Sequence record: MZ375356.1
Strand: one strand, 5' to 3'
Length of the DNA: 64,000 nt
Origin: Escherichia phage T4
This document shows positions 1-9,967 of the stretch, piece by piece. The notes beneath the pieces were generated by a model. That model was not told the DNA's origin, did not search any database, and saw nothing but the letters and a program-made list of their open reading frames with translations. A program made the position numbers and the translations under genes. Within the stretch, counting starts at the first letter, position 1, and every line of letters starts with the position of its first letter.

Positions 1-85
1 TAATTCCATCAATTTGAATACCGCGAATCCACTCATCATCAGCTTTAACGCCTAAATGCCAATCACCTAAATTTAAAATTTTCAT
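1..85 (-). CDS. 47: gp47 recombination endonuclease subunit (Mre11-like), N-terminal 28 codons only; gene continues beyond window start
   Basis: Reverse-complement translation MKILNLGDWHLGVKADDEWIRGIQIDGI matches the T4 gp47 N-terminus as I recall it. Confidence 0.7.
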   Translation of the reverse strand, partial: MKILNLGDWHLGVKADDEWIRGIQIDGI

Positions 86-245
86 ATATCAAGAACCGTC
101 ATTGAAATGCAAAATAAAATTATTGAAATAAATCCATCTGGAGTGCTAAAGAACCCAATCCAACATGCTCTAGTGAATAGATAAAATGCAAGAAAAAGTA
201 TCACATATCCAAGAAATATCATTATATCAAACTCCGTATAAAGCT

Positions 246-263
246 AAAGGGCCGAAGCCCTTT
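246..263. terminator. GC stem-loop aaagggccgaagcccttt overlapping the a-gt stop codon; likely terminator or RNA-stability hairpin
   Basis: Perfect inverted repeat with CGAA loop, T-rich flank on plus strand. Confidence 0.4.
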
Positions 264-1461
264 ATTTTGTAATAATGTCAAACTGTTCTTTAAAGCAGAA
301 GCTTGAATCTTGATGCTGATACAAAAATTCATATGCTTTTTCTCGCTCACGGTCATAAAGAGCTCGGTCAGATGACAGTTCTTTAATACGTTCAAATGTT
401 GATTCCATATCATTTTCATCAAACCAAATGATACCGCTATCATGCGAGGTCAAAGGAGTATTATCAACACGGAATTTTAAATTTTCGCCAGTAGATTTCC
501 AAAATACCGGAATTGTTCCACATGCACCAAGCTCGAGATGAGTATATTCGAGTGAGCGTTGTAAGTATTTCTGGTTAAGTTTACTCAACTGATATCCAAA
601 GCCAGATTTACTCATTCGTTCAAGCATTTCACTATTAATATAACAATCTAGGATTTGTGCCGGTTGATTCGGCGCGAGATTCATTTTATCAATCTCACGA
701 TTACCGTAATATTCATACGGAATACCTTTTTCCTTAATTGCAATAAAAGCAGGGGAACGTTCCAGACCTTCCATTACAGTGGATTTACCAGCAGGTTTTA
801 AGAATTTTTCATGAAAATCAAACATCTGGTAAAAACCTTTCCATGTAGTCGTACGACCAATCCAACGGTTGATATTCATGTTAATTTCAGAAACATCTTT
901 CCAATAAGTTGACCGAACCTTCACAATATCCATAGGAGGCTGAAAATTATATACTGTCGGTGCTTCTTCAATATCATCAAACAGAGAAACAGTTTCTGGA
1001 TACCATTCTTTCATCAGAACTTTATTAAAATCACCATTATCAGAATGGCTAAAAATAACATCAGCTCGACGAACAGTTTCTTCTAATCCCAAATTTCGAC
1101 GCAAAGAAAGAACAGAATGATCATGCTGATAAACTACAACACGAATAGAAGGTTTAATATTATCTAAAAGTTTTTTATAGTTAATCGTAGCTTCTTGAAC
1201 GGAAGTAGCAGGAACAGAATTAATAATTAGAATATCACAATCATTTACTAGCTTAAGTGCTTTATCGTATTCTTTAGCTAAAATAACTGGAATTGAAAAT
1301 GATTTGTGGTCATGAGAACTTGTACGAGTAAATGATTTATCTTTAGCATAAACCAAAGTTACTTCATGACCATTTTTAATAAACCAATCACGTTGCTCGA
1401 GTGAGAATTTTGTTACACCACAACCTTCAAGACCTCGAGCCATAAAAATGCAAATACGCAT
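262..1461 (-). CDS. a-gt: DNA alpha-glucosyltransferase
   Basis: 399-aa ORF starting MRICIFMARGLEGCGVTKFSLEQRDWFIKNGHEV, recognised as T4 alpha-glucosyltransferase. Confidence 0.9.
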   Translation of the reverse strand: MRICIFMARGLEGCGVTKFSLEQRDWFIKNGHEVTLVYAKDKSFTRTSSHDHKSFSIPVILAKEYDKALKLVNDCDILIINSVPATSVQEATINYKKLLDNIKPSIRVVVYQHDHSVLSLRRNLGLEETVRRADVIFSHSDNGDFNKVLMKEWYPETVSLFDDIEEAPTVYNFQPPMDIVKVRSTYWKDVSEINMNINRWIGRTTTWKGFYQMFDFHEKFLKPAGKSTVMEGLERSPAFIAIKEKGIPYEYYGNREIDKMNLAPNQPAQILDCYINSEMLERMSKSGFGYQLSKLNQKYLQRSLEYTHLELGACGTIPVFWKSTGENLKFRVDNTPLTSHDSGIIWFDENDMESTFERIKELSSDRALYDREREKAYEFLYQHQDSSFCFKEQFDIITK

Positions 1462-1509
1462 AGTTTTCCTCTTTTCATTTAATAAATCATGTAAATAATA
1501 TTTTATTTT

Positions 1510-2292
1510 CTATAAAACGCTACGAATAGGCCCAAACATATCCATAAGCAATTTTGCTTTTTCCAGATTGCACTTTTTAATATTAGACATGCATCCTTTA
1601 ACGGATACAGCTGCGTCTTTAATTCTAGGAAATACTCGTAATAATTTTCCAGTAGTATCATATTGAAATACTGGCACATTTCTTTTCTGAGTTATCCCAC
1701 GTAGATTTAGACATTTTTTGTTTAGTTGCATTAGACATCCTAGAGGGCTTTCCTATGTTATCAGAATAATATTTCCATTGAAATCCTCCAGCGGTTTTCC
1801 TTTTACCATCTACACATTGTTTAATTGAAGTTGAACAGCTATGACATATCTTCTGCAGCATCTGTAATACATCTATTTGCGAATAAAATTTCCATTTAAA
1901 TCATATTGATAAATTGGTTTTCCAGCATTTCGTCTAGCGTTAGACATGTATTTTTTATTATCATCTTTCCAGAACTCTTTCATGCTTTCCGATATTGAAG
2001 AAGATACAGCTGTTTTAATCCATCCATACATTATTATTTAGTCTTGTTCCGTCAGAACTATAACATCATACGAATAGCTAAAGCCAATTTAGGAAGTCTA
2101 TAAATTTTAAATAATAAATGCGCGGTAAAATGTTCTTCTGGTGTCAAAAGAACTAAATTAGTTTTATCATCTGTACCACCCATACATCTAGGAATTATAT
2201 GATGTGTTTCAGTATAGTATGTCAAAAGACTTTTATCATTGCCTCTGTTTAGTCCTTTTTCGATCAGTAAATTATATGTTTAAATAATTCAT
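1510..2292 (-). pseudogene. HNH homing endonuclease remnant (mob-like), broken into several frames
   Basis: ATG then MNYLNI-stop; downstream frame encodes THHIIPRCMGGTDDKTNLVLLTPEEHFTAHLL (HNH motif); further fragments carry repeated KPxxQYDxxGxxI-type DNA-binding motifs (ORFs 1510..1731 and 1658..1861); no single ORF spans it. Confidence 0.6.
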
Positions 2293-2326
2293 TTTAGTTT
2301 ATTTTACCAAAAAATTTATAAAGCAA

Positions 2327-2347
2327 TAGGAGCCGAAGCTCCTATCC
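2327..2347 (-). terminator. stem-loop taggagccgaagctccta followed by T-rich tract on minus strand
   Basis: Inverted repeat with CGAA loop at the 3' end of ORF 2342..2533. Confidence 0.4.
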
Positions 2348-2533
2348 ACATAATACGCCATACAGAGGCTCGTTAGAACTTTTAAATTTTATGCGCTTAT
2401 ATGTTATAGTTCCTTCTGCTTTAGCTTTATCATGAGCCTCTTTAAAGCGTCTCATCATTTCCTCTCTAGAGGAACGAATTTTATTATAATCTATTTCAGA
2501 AGTCGGATGTTCATCTTTCACAGTTGCCACCAT
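2342..2533 (-). CDS. hypothetical early protein (63 aa)
   Basis: ORF track; tightly packed with neighbouring minus-strand ORFs. Confidence 0.45.
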   Translation of the reverse strand: MVATVKDEHPTSEIDYNKIRSSREEMMRRFKEAHDKAKAEGTITYKRIKFKSSNEPLYGVLCG

Positions 2534-2724
2534 TTTTTGACTTGATAAGAATCAACCCACACTTTCATATTAGGGTCTGCTCTTACAATAGGAGGATTAA
2601 CTTCTTTGATTGAACTATCACGGTATTCTTTTTCAGAAATTTTCACGCAAAGATGACCATTCAAAGATTCAGTAAATCCTGCATTAATTTTAAGACGCTT
2701 GAATTTTACGTGTGTAAGCATCAA
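2518..2724 (-). CDS. hypothetical early protein (68 aa)
   Basis: ORF track; overlapping start/stop with neighbours. Confidence 0.45.
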   Translation of the reverse strand: MMLTHVKFKRLKINAGFTESLNGHLCVKISEKEYRDSSIKEVNPPIVRADPNMKVWVDSYQVKKWWQL

Positions 2725-3007
2725 TCATATCCTCAATCTGCGATCTAGTAGTCTTCCAAAGAATACTGATGAGTTCATCGTTATATGGCTGTTTTAGAAT
2801 ATCCCGACTTTTCTTGATAGCATATTCGTATTGAGCAAAATTATTATTTTCAGCTGCGATCTGAGCGTGCTTATAAAGACGATTCAGTTCGCGTTTGTTT
2901 TTAGACAATAACTTATTTGCTTTTCTTTCTGCTTCAAGACGGTTCTTTTCTTCAATAGAAGAAATAAGCTTTTCCACTTCATCATTAATTTCGGGTTTAT
3001 CAGTCAT
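2690..3007 (-). CDS. hypothetical early protein (105 aa)
   Basis: ORF track; no recognised domain. Confidence 0.5.
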   Translation of the reverse strand: MTDKPEINDEVEKLISSIEEKNRLEAERKANKLLSKNKRELNRLYKHAQIAAENNNFAQYEYAIKKSRDILKQPYNDELISILWKTTRSQIEDMIDAYTRKIQAS

Positions 3008-3008
3008 A

Positions 3009-3227
3009 TTATTTCTCTAATATAAAATAAAAATCATCATCTGTTAAATGATACCGATAGTTTAATTCTACACCATTAGATTTAAAAGCGGTATCATACG
3101 GATTTTCTGGATCAATATCAATGTCAAGAGCTAAAACTTCCCTGAGATACATTTTAAGTAAATAGGGAATAGCTTCAACTTCAGGTATTTCTTCCAAGAA
3201 TCCGGAGAGGTTAATCGTTAGCCTCAT
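3009..3227 (-). CDS. hypothetical early protein; start probably at internal Met ([10 protein letters not shown])
   Basis: ORF 3009..3254; first nine codons overlap the gp55 3' end. Confidence 0.45.
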
Positions 3228-3768
3228 ATAAAAAATCCAAACTAGGAGAATCATCTACAACACTTTTCTTTTCAGCCCCCGGTGTTCTATAGGTTGATTC
3301 TTCGTAATGCGTCATTTTATCATAGATGTCTTGAATAAAAGTTTCATCTACTAACGCAACCATATCGTCGTCACGGCTGTCATAGACATTGTGAACGAAG
3401 TAACTATATTTCTTTGCAACTTCCTTACGTTCTTTTTTAATACGTTGGACGAATGCATTAAAACAAGCTTGAGTTATATACGCATGTGGGTTTTTATATT
3501 TCGTTTCATCAAAATTGTGAAGCCCCTTAATAGAAGCTTCTATACCATCTGCAATCATTTCTTGTTTCCAAGACTGGGTGTATCCTGAAAAGTTGAAACG
3601 TTTAGATAAGCCTTCTGCAATAAGCATAATGGCTAATCCGATAGTATCATTCTGACGAACTACTTTATTTGGGTCTTTATTATTTGCTAATTCTGTTTTC
3701 CAATCAATAATAGCTTGTAAAAGCTCTTTATTGTTTACGTAATTATATTTAGGCTTAGTTTCTGACAT
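3211..3768 (-). CDS. 55: gp55 late-transcription sigma factor
   Basis: [30 protein letters not shown]... recognised as T4 gp55 (185 aa). Confidence 0.9.
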
Positions 3769-3850
3769 TTTCACCTCTTAGCTCAATTCATAGATCTATT
3801 ATATCATAATATTTGAAGACCTATCTTAAAGCATAGAGGATGAATCAATT

Positions 3851-4066
3851 TCAAGCATTCATCAGATTAGCCGCTCCAAGAGCTGCATCTAGTGAATCAA
3901 ATTGGTCAACATATTCAATTAATTCGCCGTAATTAGCGTATAACCACCATTGGCTAAATTCATACTCAAGGATGAATCCATTTCCTTCAATTTGAGTTAA
4001 ACCAATGCCATTTGTATTTACTTCATACCCAGCGAGACGTAAATCGTTAATAAGAGCTTCGTTCAT
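3851..4066 (-). CDS. hypothetical protein (71 aa)
   Basis: ORF track. Confidence 0.5.
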   Translation of the reverse strand: MNEALINDLRLAGYEVNTNGIGLTQIEGNGFILEYEFSQWWLYANYGELIEYVDQFDSLDAALGAANLMNA

Positions 4067-4068
4067 AA

Positions 4069-4395
4069 TTATACCTTAGTAATTTTCAGGTCTGCAAATT
4101 TTTTCTTGCGTTGATTTTTCATGCGACGAATAGTTTTATCGGAAATTTCATGCTTTTGATAAGCTTTAGATTCTACACCAAAAGCTTTAACATCAAATTC
4201 TGACAAGATATATTGAACCAACAATTCACGGACAGTATTGCGTCCAATCTTCTGATCATTCTGTTTCATCGTTTGATGAAGCTCTTTTTCCCATTTATCC
4301 AAAATTTGAGGAGTTACAATATCGCCTTTTTCTAGCAAAGAAACTACTTTATCATATGCGTAAGAATTGATGGCGTTTTTAATTTGAATAGTCAT
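4069..4395 (-). CDS. hypothetical protein (108 aa)
   Basis: ORF track. Confidence 0.5.
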   Translation of the reverse strand: MTIQIKNAINSYAYDKVVSLLEKGDIVTPQILDKWEKELHQTMKQNDQKIGRNTVRELLVQYILSEFDVKAFGVESKAYQKHEISDKTIRRMKNQRKKKFADLKITKV

Positions 4396-4432
4396 ACATT
4401 ATCCTCAATTACGTTAAAATTTTATTATCCAA

Positions 4433-4450
4433 AAAGGGCCGAAGCCCTTA
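4433..4450 (-). terminator. stem-loop aagggccgaagccctt with T-run on minus strand
   Basis: Inverted repeat with CGAA loop followed by TTTTTGG on minus strand. Confidence 0.45.
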
Positions 4451-4648
4451 GCTAAACTTTTTGGCACCCTTCCAGCCTTCGTACATCATTGCGACTGACA
4501 ATGACAAAGCTCCTTCACATGCTGCATACTTATTATTCCAGAACCAATTTAGAAAAACTTCATCCTCAATACCGTTGTGTTTCATGTTCTGGAAAAATTT
4601 GGCGCGTTCTTCAGCAATTCGCTGCGATAATTTAGATTCAGGATTCAT
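4448..4648 (-). CDS. hypothetical protein (66 aa)
   Basis: ORF track. Confidence 0.45.
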   Translation of the reverse strand: MNPESKLSQRIAEERAKFFQNMKHNGIEDEVFLNWFWNNKYAACEGALSLSVAMMYEGWKGAKKFS

Positions 4649-4864
4649 TTAAATTTCCCAATTGCCATTTTCATCAATAAATTTAATCCAGTCATTTACT
4701 GACCACTTGGTCGTATCGCCTTTTGGAGTAACATTTAAAGTGTATAGCCCTTGCTTAAAAAGCATGCGTTTGATATTCATATTTTCCTCAGCTGTAACGA
4801 TAACACTCGTTTGATTTACGTTTAGCAACTCGTTGAGAAGTATTATAATCAAAATCATCATCAA
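4649..4864 (-). CDS. hypothetical protein; true start may be the internal Met (MNIKRML) near 4780
   Basis: ORF track; N-terminal part overlaps the upstream ORF. Confidence 0.4.
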   Translation of the reverse strand: MMMILIIILLNELLNVNQTSVIVTAEENMNIKRMLFKQGLYTLNVTPKGDTTKWSVNDWIKFIDENGNWEI

Positions 4865-5081
4865 TGTAAACTGATTTTTTCAACTTTCTTACTTCACCGC
4901 GTAATTGACGATTTAACTCATCTTTAACTTCTGAATCAATACCTTTCATTCTACGCCATTTATCTGAGCGAAAAATGTTTTCAACCATATCTTTATGACT
5001 TACCCCATCAGGAGCTTTACGCTTTCCGAAATAGTCATAATCACGCACTTTTAAGTCTTTACGACGATACGTTTTACCCAT
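4788..5081 (-). CDS. hypothetical basic protein; start taken at MGKTYRRKD
   Basis: ORF 4788..5126; Lys/Arg-rich. Confidence 0.45.
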   Translation of the reverse strand: MGKTYRRKDLKVRDYDYFGKRKAPDGVSHKDMVENIFRSDKWRRMKGIDSEVKDELNRQLRGEVRKLKKSVYIDDDFDYNTSQRVAKRKSNECYRYS

Positions 5082-5256
5082 GGAGTTTAATTTCCTTAGC
5101 AACTGAACTAAATACAGCACGATCACAAATCATACGTTTATGTAACTTGAGTATAAGATAGTAAACATCAAAACCATTTACATAAGTAACACGAACAACA
5201 TTACCATTCACGAGATAATACTGTCCCTTTTTAATCTCTTTATCAACCACAACCAT
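5074..5256 (-). CDS. hypothetical protein (60 aa)
   Basis: ORF track; lies downstream of an early-type promoter. Confidence 0.45.
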   Translation of the reverse strand: MVVVDKEIKKGQYYLVNGNVVRVTYVNGFDVYYLILKLHKRMICDRAVFSSVAKEIKLHG

Positions 5257-5283
5257 ATCAATTCCTCAAAGGTAATTCATATG

Positions 5284-5317
5284 TTAATAATACCACGGTT
5301 TGAACTTGTTGTAAACA
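5284..5317 (-). promoter_or_regulatory. T4 early-type promoter (minus strand: GTTTACA, 15-nt spacer, TGGTATTAT)
   Basis: Sigma70-like -35/-10 with TG-extended -10 upstream of ORF 5074..5256. Confidence 0.5.
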
Positions 5318-5392
5318 ACTTTGTGAAAAATATTTTAGGGAATGATAAGAAAGGAACGATAGCTTAGAATGGTAATATACAGAATGTGAGAA

Positions 5393-5414
5393 AGAAAGGC
5401 CCAGAGGGCCCGTC
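5393..5414 (-). terminator. stem-loop ggcccagagggcc followed by TTTCTTTCT on minus strand
   Basis: Immediately 3' of nrdH. Confidence 0.45.
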
Positions 5415-5723
5415 TTAATCTTCTATGATATCTCTATCATATCCAAGTGAAATGAGAGTTTCTTTGAAGTGTTTAATGTTCTTTTGTCTAGAATCATTAA
5501 TGAAAATGACTGGATAACGAATGTTAAGAGATGTGAATCCAGCGCGTTTAGCAAGAGATACAATCAGCGGACGATCATACTCAATCTTACCATTATTTGT
5601 AAGAACTTTATAGAAAGTAAAAGGAGCATTGAGCTCCTTTAGAAGTTTTGTAACTGATTGACATCCAGGACAACGACCTACTTCATCTGGAATTCCATAG
5701 ACTTCAATCTTATTTTGTTTCAC
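5415..5723 (-). CDS. nrdH: NrdH glutaredoxin-like protein
   Basis: 102 aa with CPGC redox motif; position downstream of nrdG as in T4. Confidence 0.8.
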   Translation of the reverse strand: MKQNKIEVYGIPDEVGRCPGCQSVTKLLKELNAPFTFYKVLTNNGKIEYDRPLIVSLAKRAGFTSLNIRYPVIFINDSRQKNIKHFKETLISLGYDRDIIED

Positions 5724-5725
5724 AA

Positions 5726-5938
5726 CTATTCCTTACTAAGAGCAGCATTCAGCTTGTTAGTAATTTTATCCAGACGCTCATTGAATTCACTAGAAGATAA
5801 GCCCTTTTCTGGAGAAATCAAACTAATCACGAAAAATATAGCAATAAAAGGAATAAGGAAAATAGCTCCAACTGCCATAAACAGAAAGAATGTTACAGTT
5901 GTAAGAAAATCAGCTAAACCTTTACGAAATTTATACAT
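5726..5938 (-). CDS. small membrane protein (70 aa)
   Basis: Hydrophobic core FFLFMAVGAIFLIPFIAIFFVISLI. Confidence 0.5.
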   Translation of the reverse strand: MYKFRKGLADFLTTVTFFLFMAVGAIFLIPFIAIFFVISLISPEKGLSSSEFNERLDKITNKLNAALSKE

Positions 5939-6055
5939 TTACATTTACCTTTAATTGATTAACCAAGCATTGATAAGCACTAAACTTACTGCGAATAAAA
6001 TTCTGGACCAAAATGAAAAATCATATCATTTATAGTATCCATAATGTAATTCAAT

Positions 6056-6433
6056 TTAATCATGTTTCCACACCCCATCGGTATTTGACCAAAGTCGCTG
6101 ATTATCTGATCCTCGCCACAGCTTTTTGGTCGGAAGATTTTTCTCATACTTCCCATCAATAATAACATCAACATATTTAAGCATTTCTAGTTGTTTAATA
6201 TCTTCAAACTTATATCCTGTCCACAACCAGATATCTTTCTCCGGAAATCTTGCTTTAACCCAAGAAACTAAATTTGAAATCTCTTCTCGGTTCTGTGGAT
6301 AAAGTGGGTCACCGCCGGTTAAGGTAAGGCCTTGGATATACGATTTGCTTAAATGGGACGCAAGTTCTTTAACGGTATTCATAGTGAATAACTGTCCGTT
6401 ACGAGCATTCCTTTTAAATATACTAAACAGCAA
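6056..6433 (-). pseudogene. nrdG: nrdG fragment: C-terminal about 110 residues of the anaerobic RNR activase, lacking the N-terminal radical-SAM Cys cluster
   Basis: NGQLFTMNTVKE...GGDPLYPQN...DIWLWTGYK aligns to E. coli NrdG from about residue 40 onward; no CxxxCxxC region. Confidence 0.65.
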
Positions 6434-6666
6434 TTAGTAAATGGAAGAGCAGGGGAATAATCAATATCATGCACGTGAATAATTCCGCTTTCATGCGCTT
6501 TCATAATAAAAGACGGGACCATATTTTTGGCAATGTGTTTAGACACAATACCAGCCATAAGGTCCCGTTGAGTTGGAAAAACACGAGAATCTTTATTAGC
6601 ATTCTCGTTTAAAAGGTCTTTATTAGTTTTATGAATTAATCCTTCAATTTCTTTTTCAATTGTCAT
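6379..6666 (-). pseudogene. nrdD: nrdD fragment: N-terminal about 88 residues of anaerobic RNR, then frame change and stop
   Basis: TNKDLLNENANKDSRVFPTQRDLMAGIV...HVHDIDYSP...NCCLVYLKGML matches the NrdD N-terminal region; ORF ends 7 codons later and overlaps the nrdG fragment. Confidence 0.65.
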
Positions 6667-7136
6667 TTTAAACTCTTTCTAAGCTGCTTCTTGAATGAAG
6701 CTATTAATTGTGTTTTGGTGTCAGATTCATTATATTCAAATCCTCTTTGAAGCATCTCGGCCATCATTTCCTCTTTTCCTAAACGAGAAAATTCCTTTGA
6801 TTTATCTCCAACAAAGTTAGGGTGAATATTATTTTGGGTGTAATCGGATTTTAAATAAGTAAGTAAATTTTCTAACCATTCAAGATAATCAACACCTTGT
6901 CCCTTTAAGCCAGAACGATTAAATTTATGCTTCATTTGACCTTCTGCAGCATTGCATAGATTACAAAGCAATCCACGCACCTTTCCTGCTTTTGGTCCAT
7001 TTAATTCATGGTCATGGTCGAGGTGATTAGCTTGAACATCAGGATTTAGTTCTCGTTGGCAAATTAAGCATTTACCGTTTTGTGCATCATAAAATTTCTG
7101 TTTTTCTTCTTTGTATAATTTGCCAGTCAATAACAT
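6663..7136 (-). CDS. 49: gp49 endonuclease VII (Holliday-junction resolvase)
   Basis: 157 aa, MLLTGKLYKEEKQKFYDAQNGKCLICQREL..., recognised as T4 endo VII. Confidence 0.9.
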   Translation of the reverse strand: MLLTGKLYKEEKQKFYDAQNGKCLICQRELNPDVQANHLDHDHELNGPKAGKVRGLLCNLCNAAEGQMKHKFNRSGLKGQGVDYLEWLENLLTYLKSDYTQNNIHPNFVGDKSKEFSRLGKEEMMAEMLQRGFEYNESDTKTQLIASFKKQLRKSLK

Positions 7137-7307
7137 AATAAACCCTTACCTTAAATAGATAAGGGTATTTATTATTTTCAAGTATTGTAAAACATTTGAT
7201 GCAATCGCTTATATTGCTGAATCATTCGGTCAGAAAAAGAAATTTGAGTTTCAAGCCATTCAATGTACTCTGCGGCAGCTTGCATTAAATTTCCTTCATA
7301 GCCATCG

Positions 7308-7679
7308 TTATTTTCTTGTGCAGCTAATAGCTAATGCGTATGAAATACGTTCACCTTGAAAATCGGCTTTAGGCTTCTGAACAACTTGATTAGTTCGCTC
7401 TACAACTTCTTCAATTTCGCCATTTTCTACTGATTCAGTATTCCACAAACACCAATACGTAATTGGCTTATCGTAGATGTTAATAATCTTTCCATCAGAA
7501 AGTTCAATTTCAATAATTCCAGTGTCAGGCTCTATATCATCTTCACATTCTTTTACAAGTTCACGAACTTTAAAGACAGTACCTGCACTAAGTTCCGGCC
7601 AGTAATTACACAGCCCTGTATCAGCACGATTAATTCTAAACCATTTATCTACTGTAATCATGTCCCATCTCCATATCAA
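7308..7679 (-). CDS. hypothetical protein (123 aa)
   Basis: ORF track. Confidence 0.45.
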   Translation of the reverse strand: MIWRWDMITVDKWFRINRADTGLCNYWPELSAGTVFKVRELVKECEDDIEPDTGIIEIELSDGKIINIYDKPITYWCLWNTESVENGEIEEVVERTNQVVQKPKADFQGERISYALAISCTRK

Positions 7680-7784
7680 TTAAGTCATTTATCGTTGGTT
7701 CATTATACACCGTTTCTTCATCAGTGTAAACCGGTTCTTCCGGCTCTGGCTCTACAGTTTCCCATCTAGCCGCCCACCAAGGTT

Positions 7785-8105
7785 TTATAGCGTAATCCAT
7801 TCTCGTACTGTCTGAGTTACTACACGTTCTCGAAGCTCAACCAGTTCAACAGTAGGAACTGCATAATACCAGTCAGAATGGTAAGAACCTGAGCGAGATT
7901 CATTTACAGCCACATGTACATTATGTTTTGGACTAAAATAAACACACTGACGATATTGGCATTTACCATCTTGCACCCAGTCTTCTATTTCGATAGGTTT
8001 AAGATAGTCGGAAAAATCGAAATCATAGTTTTCCGAAAATGCATCATGGTCTTCAATGATTTCGCTCAGAACTGCATCAACATCTAATTTATTTTCAATA
8101 TTCAT
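7785..8105 (-). CDS. hypothetical protein (106 aa)
   Basis: ORF track. Confidence 0.5.
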   Translation of the reverse strand: MNIENKLDVDAVLSEIIEDHDAFSENYDFDFSDYLKPIEIEDWVQDGKCQYRQCVYFSPKHNVHVAVNESRSGSYHSDWYYAVPTVELVELRERVVTQTVREWITL

Positions 8106-8410
8106 TTTTCACACCACCAACTGCTTACTTCAAAATCGGGTTCGCCATGTTCCCAGAACCAGGGGCCGATAGGAATCCACTTACCTTCATCGGTGACGTC
8201 ATATTCTTCGGATTTAAGCCCAACGTATCGCCATTCGACTTCATAAGCGGTACCACCGATTACAACTGTGTTCTCGCCATACGGGTTAGACACAACAAAG
8301 TCTATACCTTCTGCTTTAGCTAACCAAATCATGTATTCATAGAGTTTATATTCCAGGTCGCCTTCTGTTCCATCGCCTAGAAAAATAATTTGTTCATTTA
8401 ATTCTATCAT
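8102..8410 (-). CDS. hypothetical protein (102 aa)
   Basis: ORF track; ATGA start/stop overlap with neighbours. Confidence 0.5.
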   Translation of the reverse strand: MIELNEQIIFLGDGTEGDLEYKLYEYMIWLAKAEGIDFVVSNPYGENTVVIGGTAYEVEWRYVGLKSEEYDVTDEGKWIPIGPWFWEHGEPDFEVSSWWCEK

Positions 8411-8670
8411 TTAAAGTATTCCCGCAATTGGTCAAATCCACCAATATGACTTCCATCAGGAGCAAATACCTGAGGCATTGTTAAGCCGATTTGAGTATCA
8501 CGACCTAGTTTAGTCAGAAGCTCAGCAATTTTCTCATCATCAAAAACACCTTTTTCCGGCATAATGTTGATAAATTCAAACGGCTGTTTCTTCACAGTCA
8601 AAAGACGTTTTGCATTATCGCAATACACACATTTATGAATGTTGCTATCATAACCATATACTTTAAACAT
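8407..8670 (-). CDS. nrdC: NrdC thioredoxin/glutaredoxin
   Basis: 87 aa with CVYC active site, recognised as T4 NrdC. Confidence 0.85.
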   Translation of the reverse strand: MFKVYGYDSNIHKCVYCDNAKRLLTVKKQPFEFINIMPEKGVFDDEKIAELLTKLGRDTQIGLTMPQVFAPDGSHIGGFDQLREYFK

Positions 8671-8841
8671 ATTATTCCTTAATTCCTAGTACTTGTTTAA
8701 AAGTCTCGTCGTAATCAAGACTTTGGCCCGTTTGTTCTTTATGCTTGTATATAATCACTTACTTCTGATAGCATATTTTTATATGAACGAGTTAAAGCAG
8801 ATTTAAGCACGCTGTATCTATCAGGAAATTTACCGTGTTCA

Positions 8842-9207
8842 TTATAATAAGCTTGCTAATTCACGGACTGCCTTTTCAGCAGTCTCCATATATTTACGCT
8901 TTGTCATTTTCTTCTCGGTCAAATCGGTGTTTACAATGGCGACATTTATAACGAAGATATTAGTCTGCCAATGGACCAATTGCACCTGTTCAGTTCCACA
9001 TTCAGGGCAATTAGGAACGTTTTTAGAAGCCCTTTCGCGACGTTCAACCATGACCATTACAGAATCCCAATTAACAGGAGGGCTATAATCATCACAACCA
9101 TAAATCTTTCCACGCATTTCCAGATCGTCTTCTTCACCAGCCATAATAATTTTAATTAGACTAGAATTACTTGAAGCTGCAATGTCTTCTAATAGACGCT
9201 TTTTCAT
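8842..9207 (-). CDS. hypothetical protein with zinc-ribbon-like CPEC...C..C motifs
   Basis: ORF track; Cys pairs. Confidence 0.45.
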   Translation of the reverse strand: MKKRLLEDIAASSNSSLIKIIMAGEEDDLEMRGKIYGCDDYSPPVNWDSVMVMVERRERASKNVPNCPECGTEQVQLVHWQTNIFVINVAIVNTDLTEKKMTKRKYMETAEKAVRELASLL

Positions 9208-9313
9208 TTCAATACCTCAATAGCAGTTCTTCTCACTTGGTTAATGATTTATACTCCGAGCCATCCTTGGCTTTAAATTTTACTTAATTAACTGCAAAGC
9301 TTGTTCTAGACGA

Positions 9314-9781
9314 TCAAGACGAAACGGATTCTTCCCAAATCTTTTTAGCCTGCTCATATTCTTTCTGCGCTTTATTAGAAATTTCTAGAACTTCTTTATA
9401 AGCTTTTTCTAGTGCAATAACTTCTGGACGAATTTCTATCGGTTCAGGTGAATCATCAAGACATTCCATTAGTTCCTCAAGGGTAGTTTCTTCTTTAGGA
9501 GTATTCACAATTTCATCACATTTTTGTTGGTAAATTTCTTTACTAGTAGGTGAATAAGCACATTTCACTTCACGAAGGCTAATTACGAGTTTATATCCTT
9601 CCCAACCGCATATTCTTAAAAGGATGTATGAATTTCTACTGTTTCCATACAAAGTAATGCGGTCTCTAATTGACGAGTTAGTGCTAGCAATTGAGAAAAA
9701 TTTATTAATATTCTTTTGGTTAGTTTCTGGTGTAAAAAATCCATAATTCACAAAAAGATACTTTATTTTTATCAAGTTCAT
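9314..9781 (-). CDS. hypothetical protein (155 aa)
   Basis: ORF track. Confidence 0.5.
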   Translation of the reverse strand: MNLIKIKYLFVNYGFFTPETNQKNINKFFSIASTNSSIRDRITLYGNSRNSYILLRICGWEGYKLVISLREVKCAYSPTSKEIYQQKCDEIVNTPKEETTLEELMECLDDSPEPIEIRPEVIALEKAYKEVLEISNKAQKEYEQAKKIWEESVSS

Positions 9782-9967
9782 ATTCTTTTATGATAATCAT
9801 ATCAGAAGCCAAAGGATGAATTTGACGATAATCGCCAACATAATTTAGAAGCTGATTTTAGAATTTGCTTCTTGAAAAGTCTGAAATTACTAATCCAACG
9901 ACGAGTAAAAATATTCTCAGGGTCTTCTTTATTATTGAGATGATAAGAATTAACATCACCGAACCAA

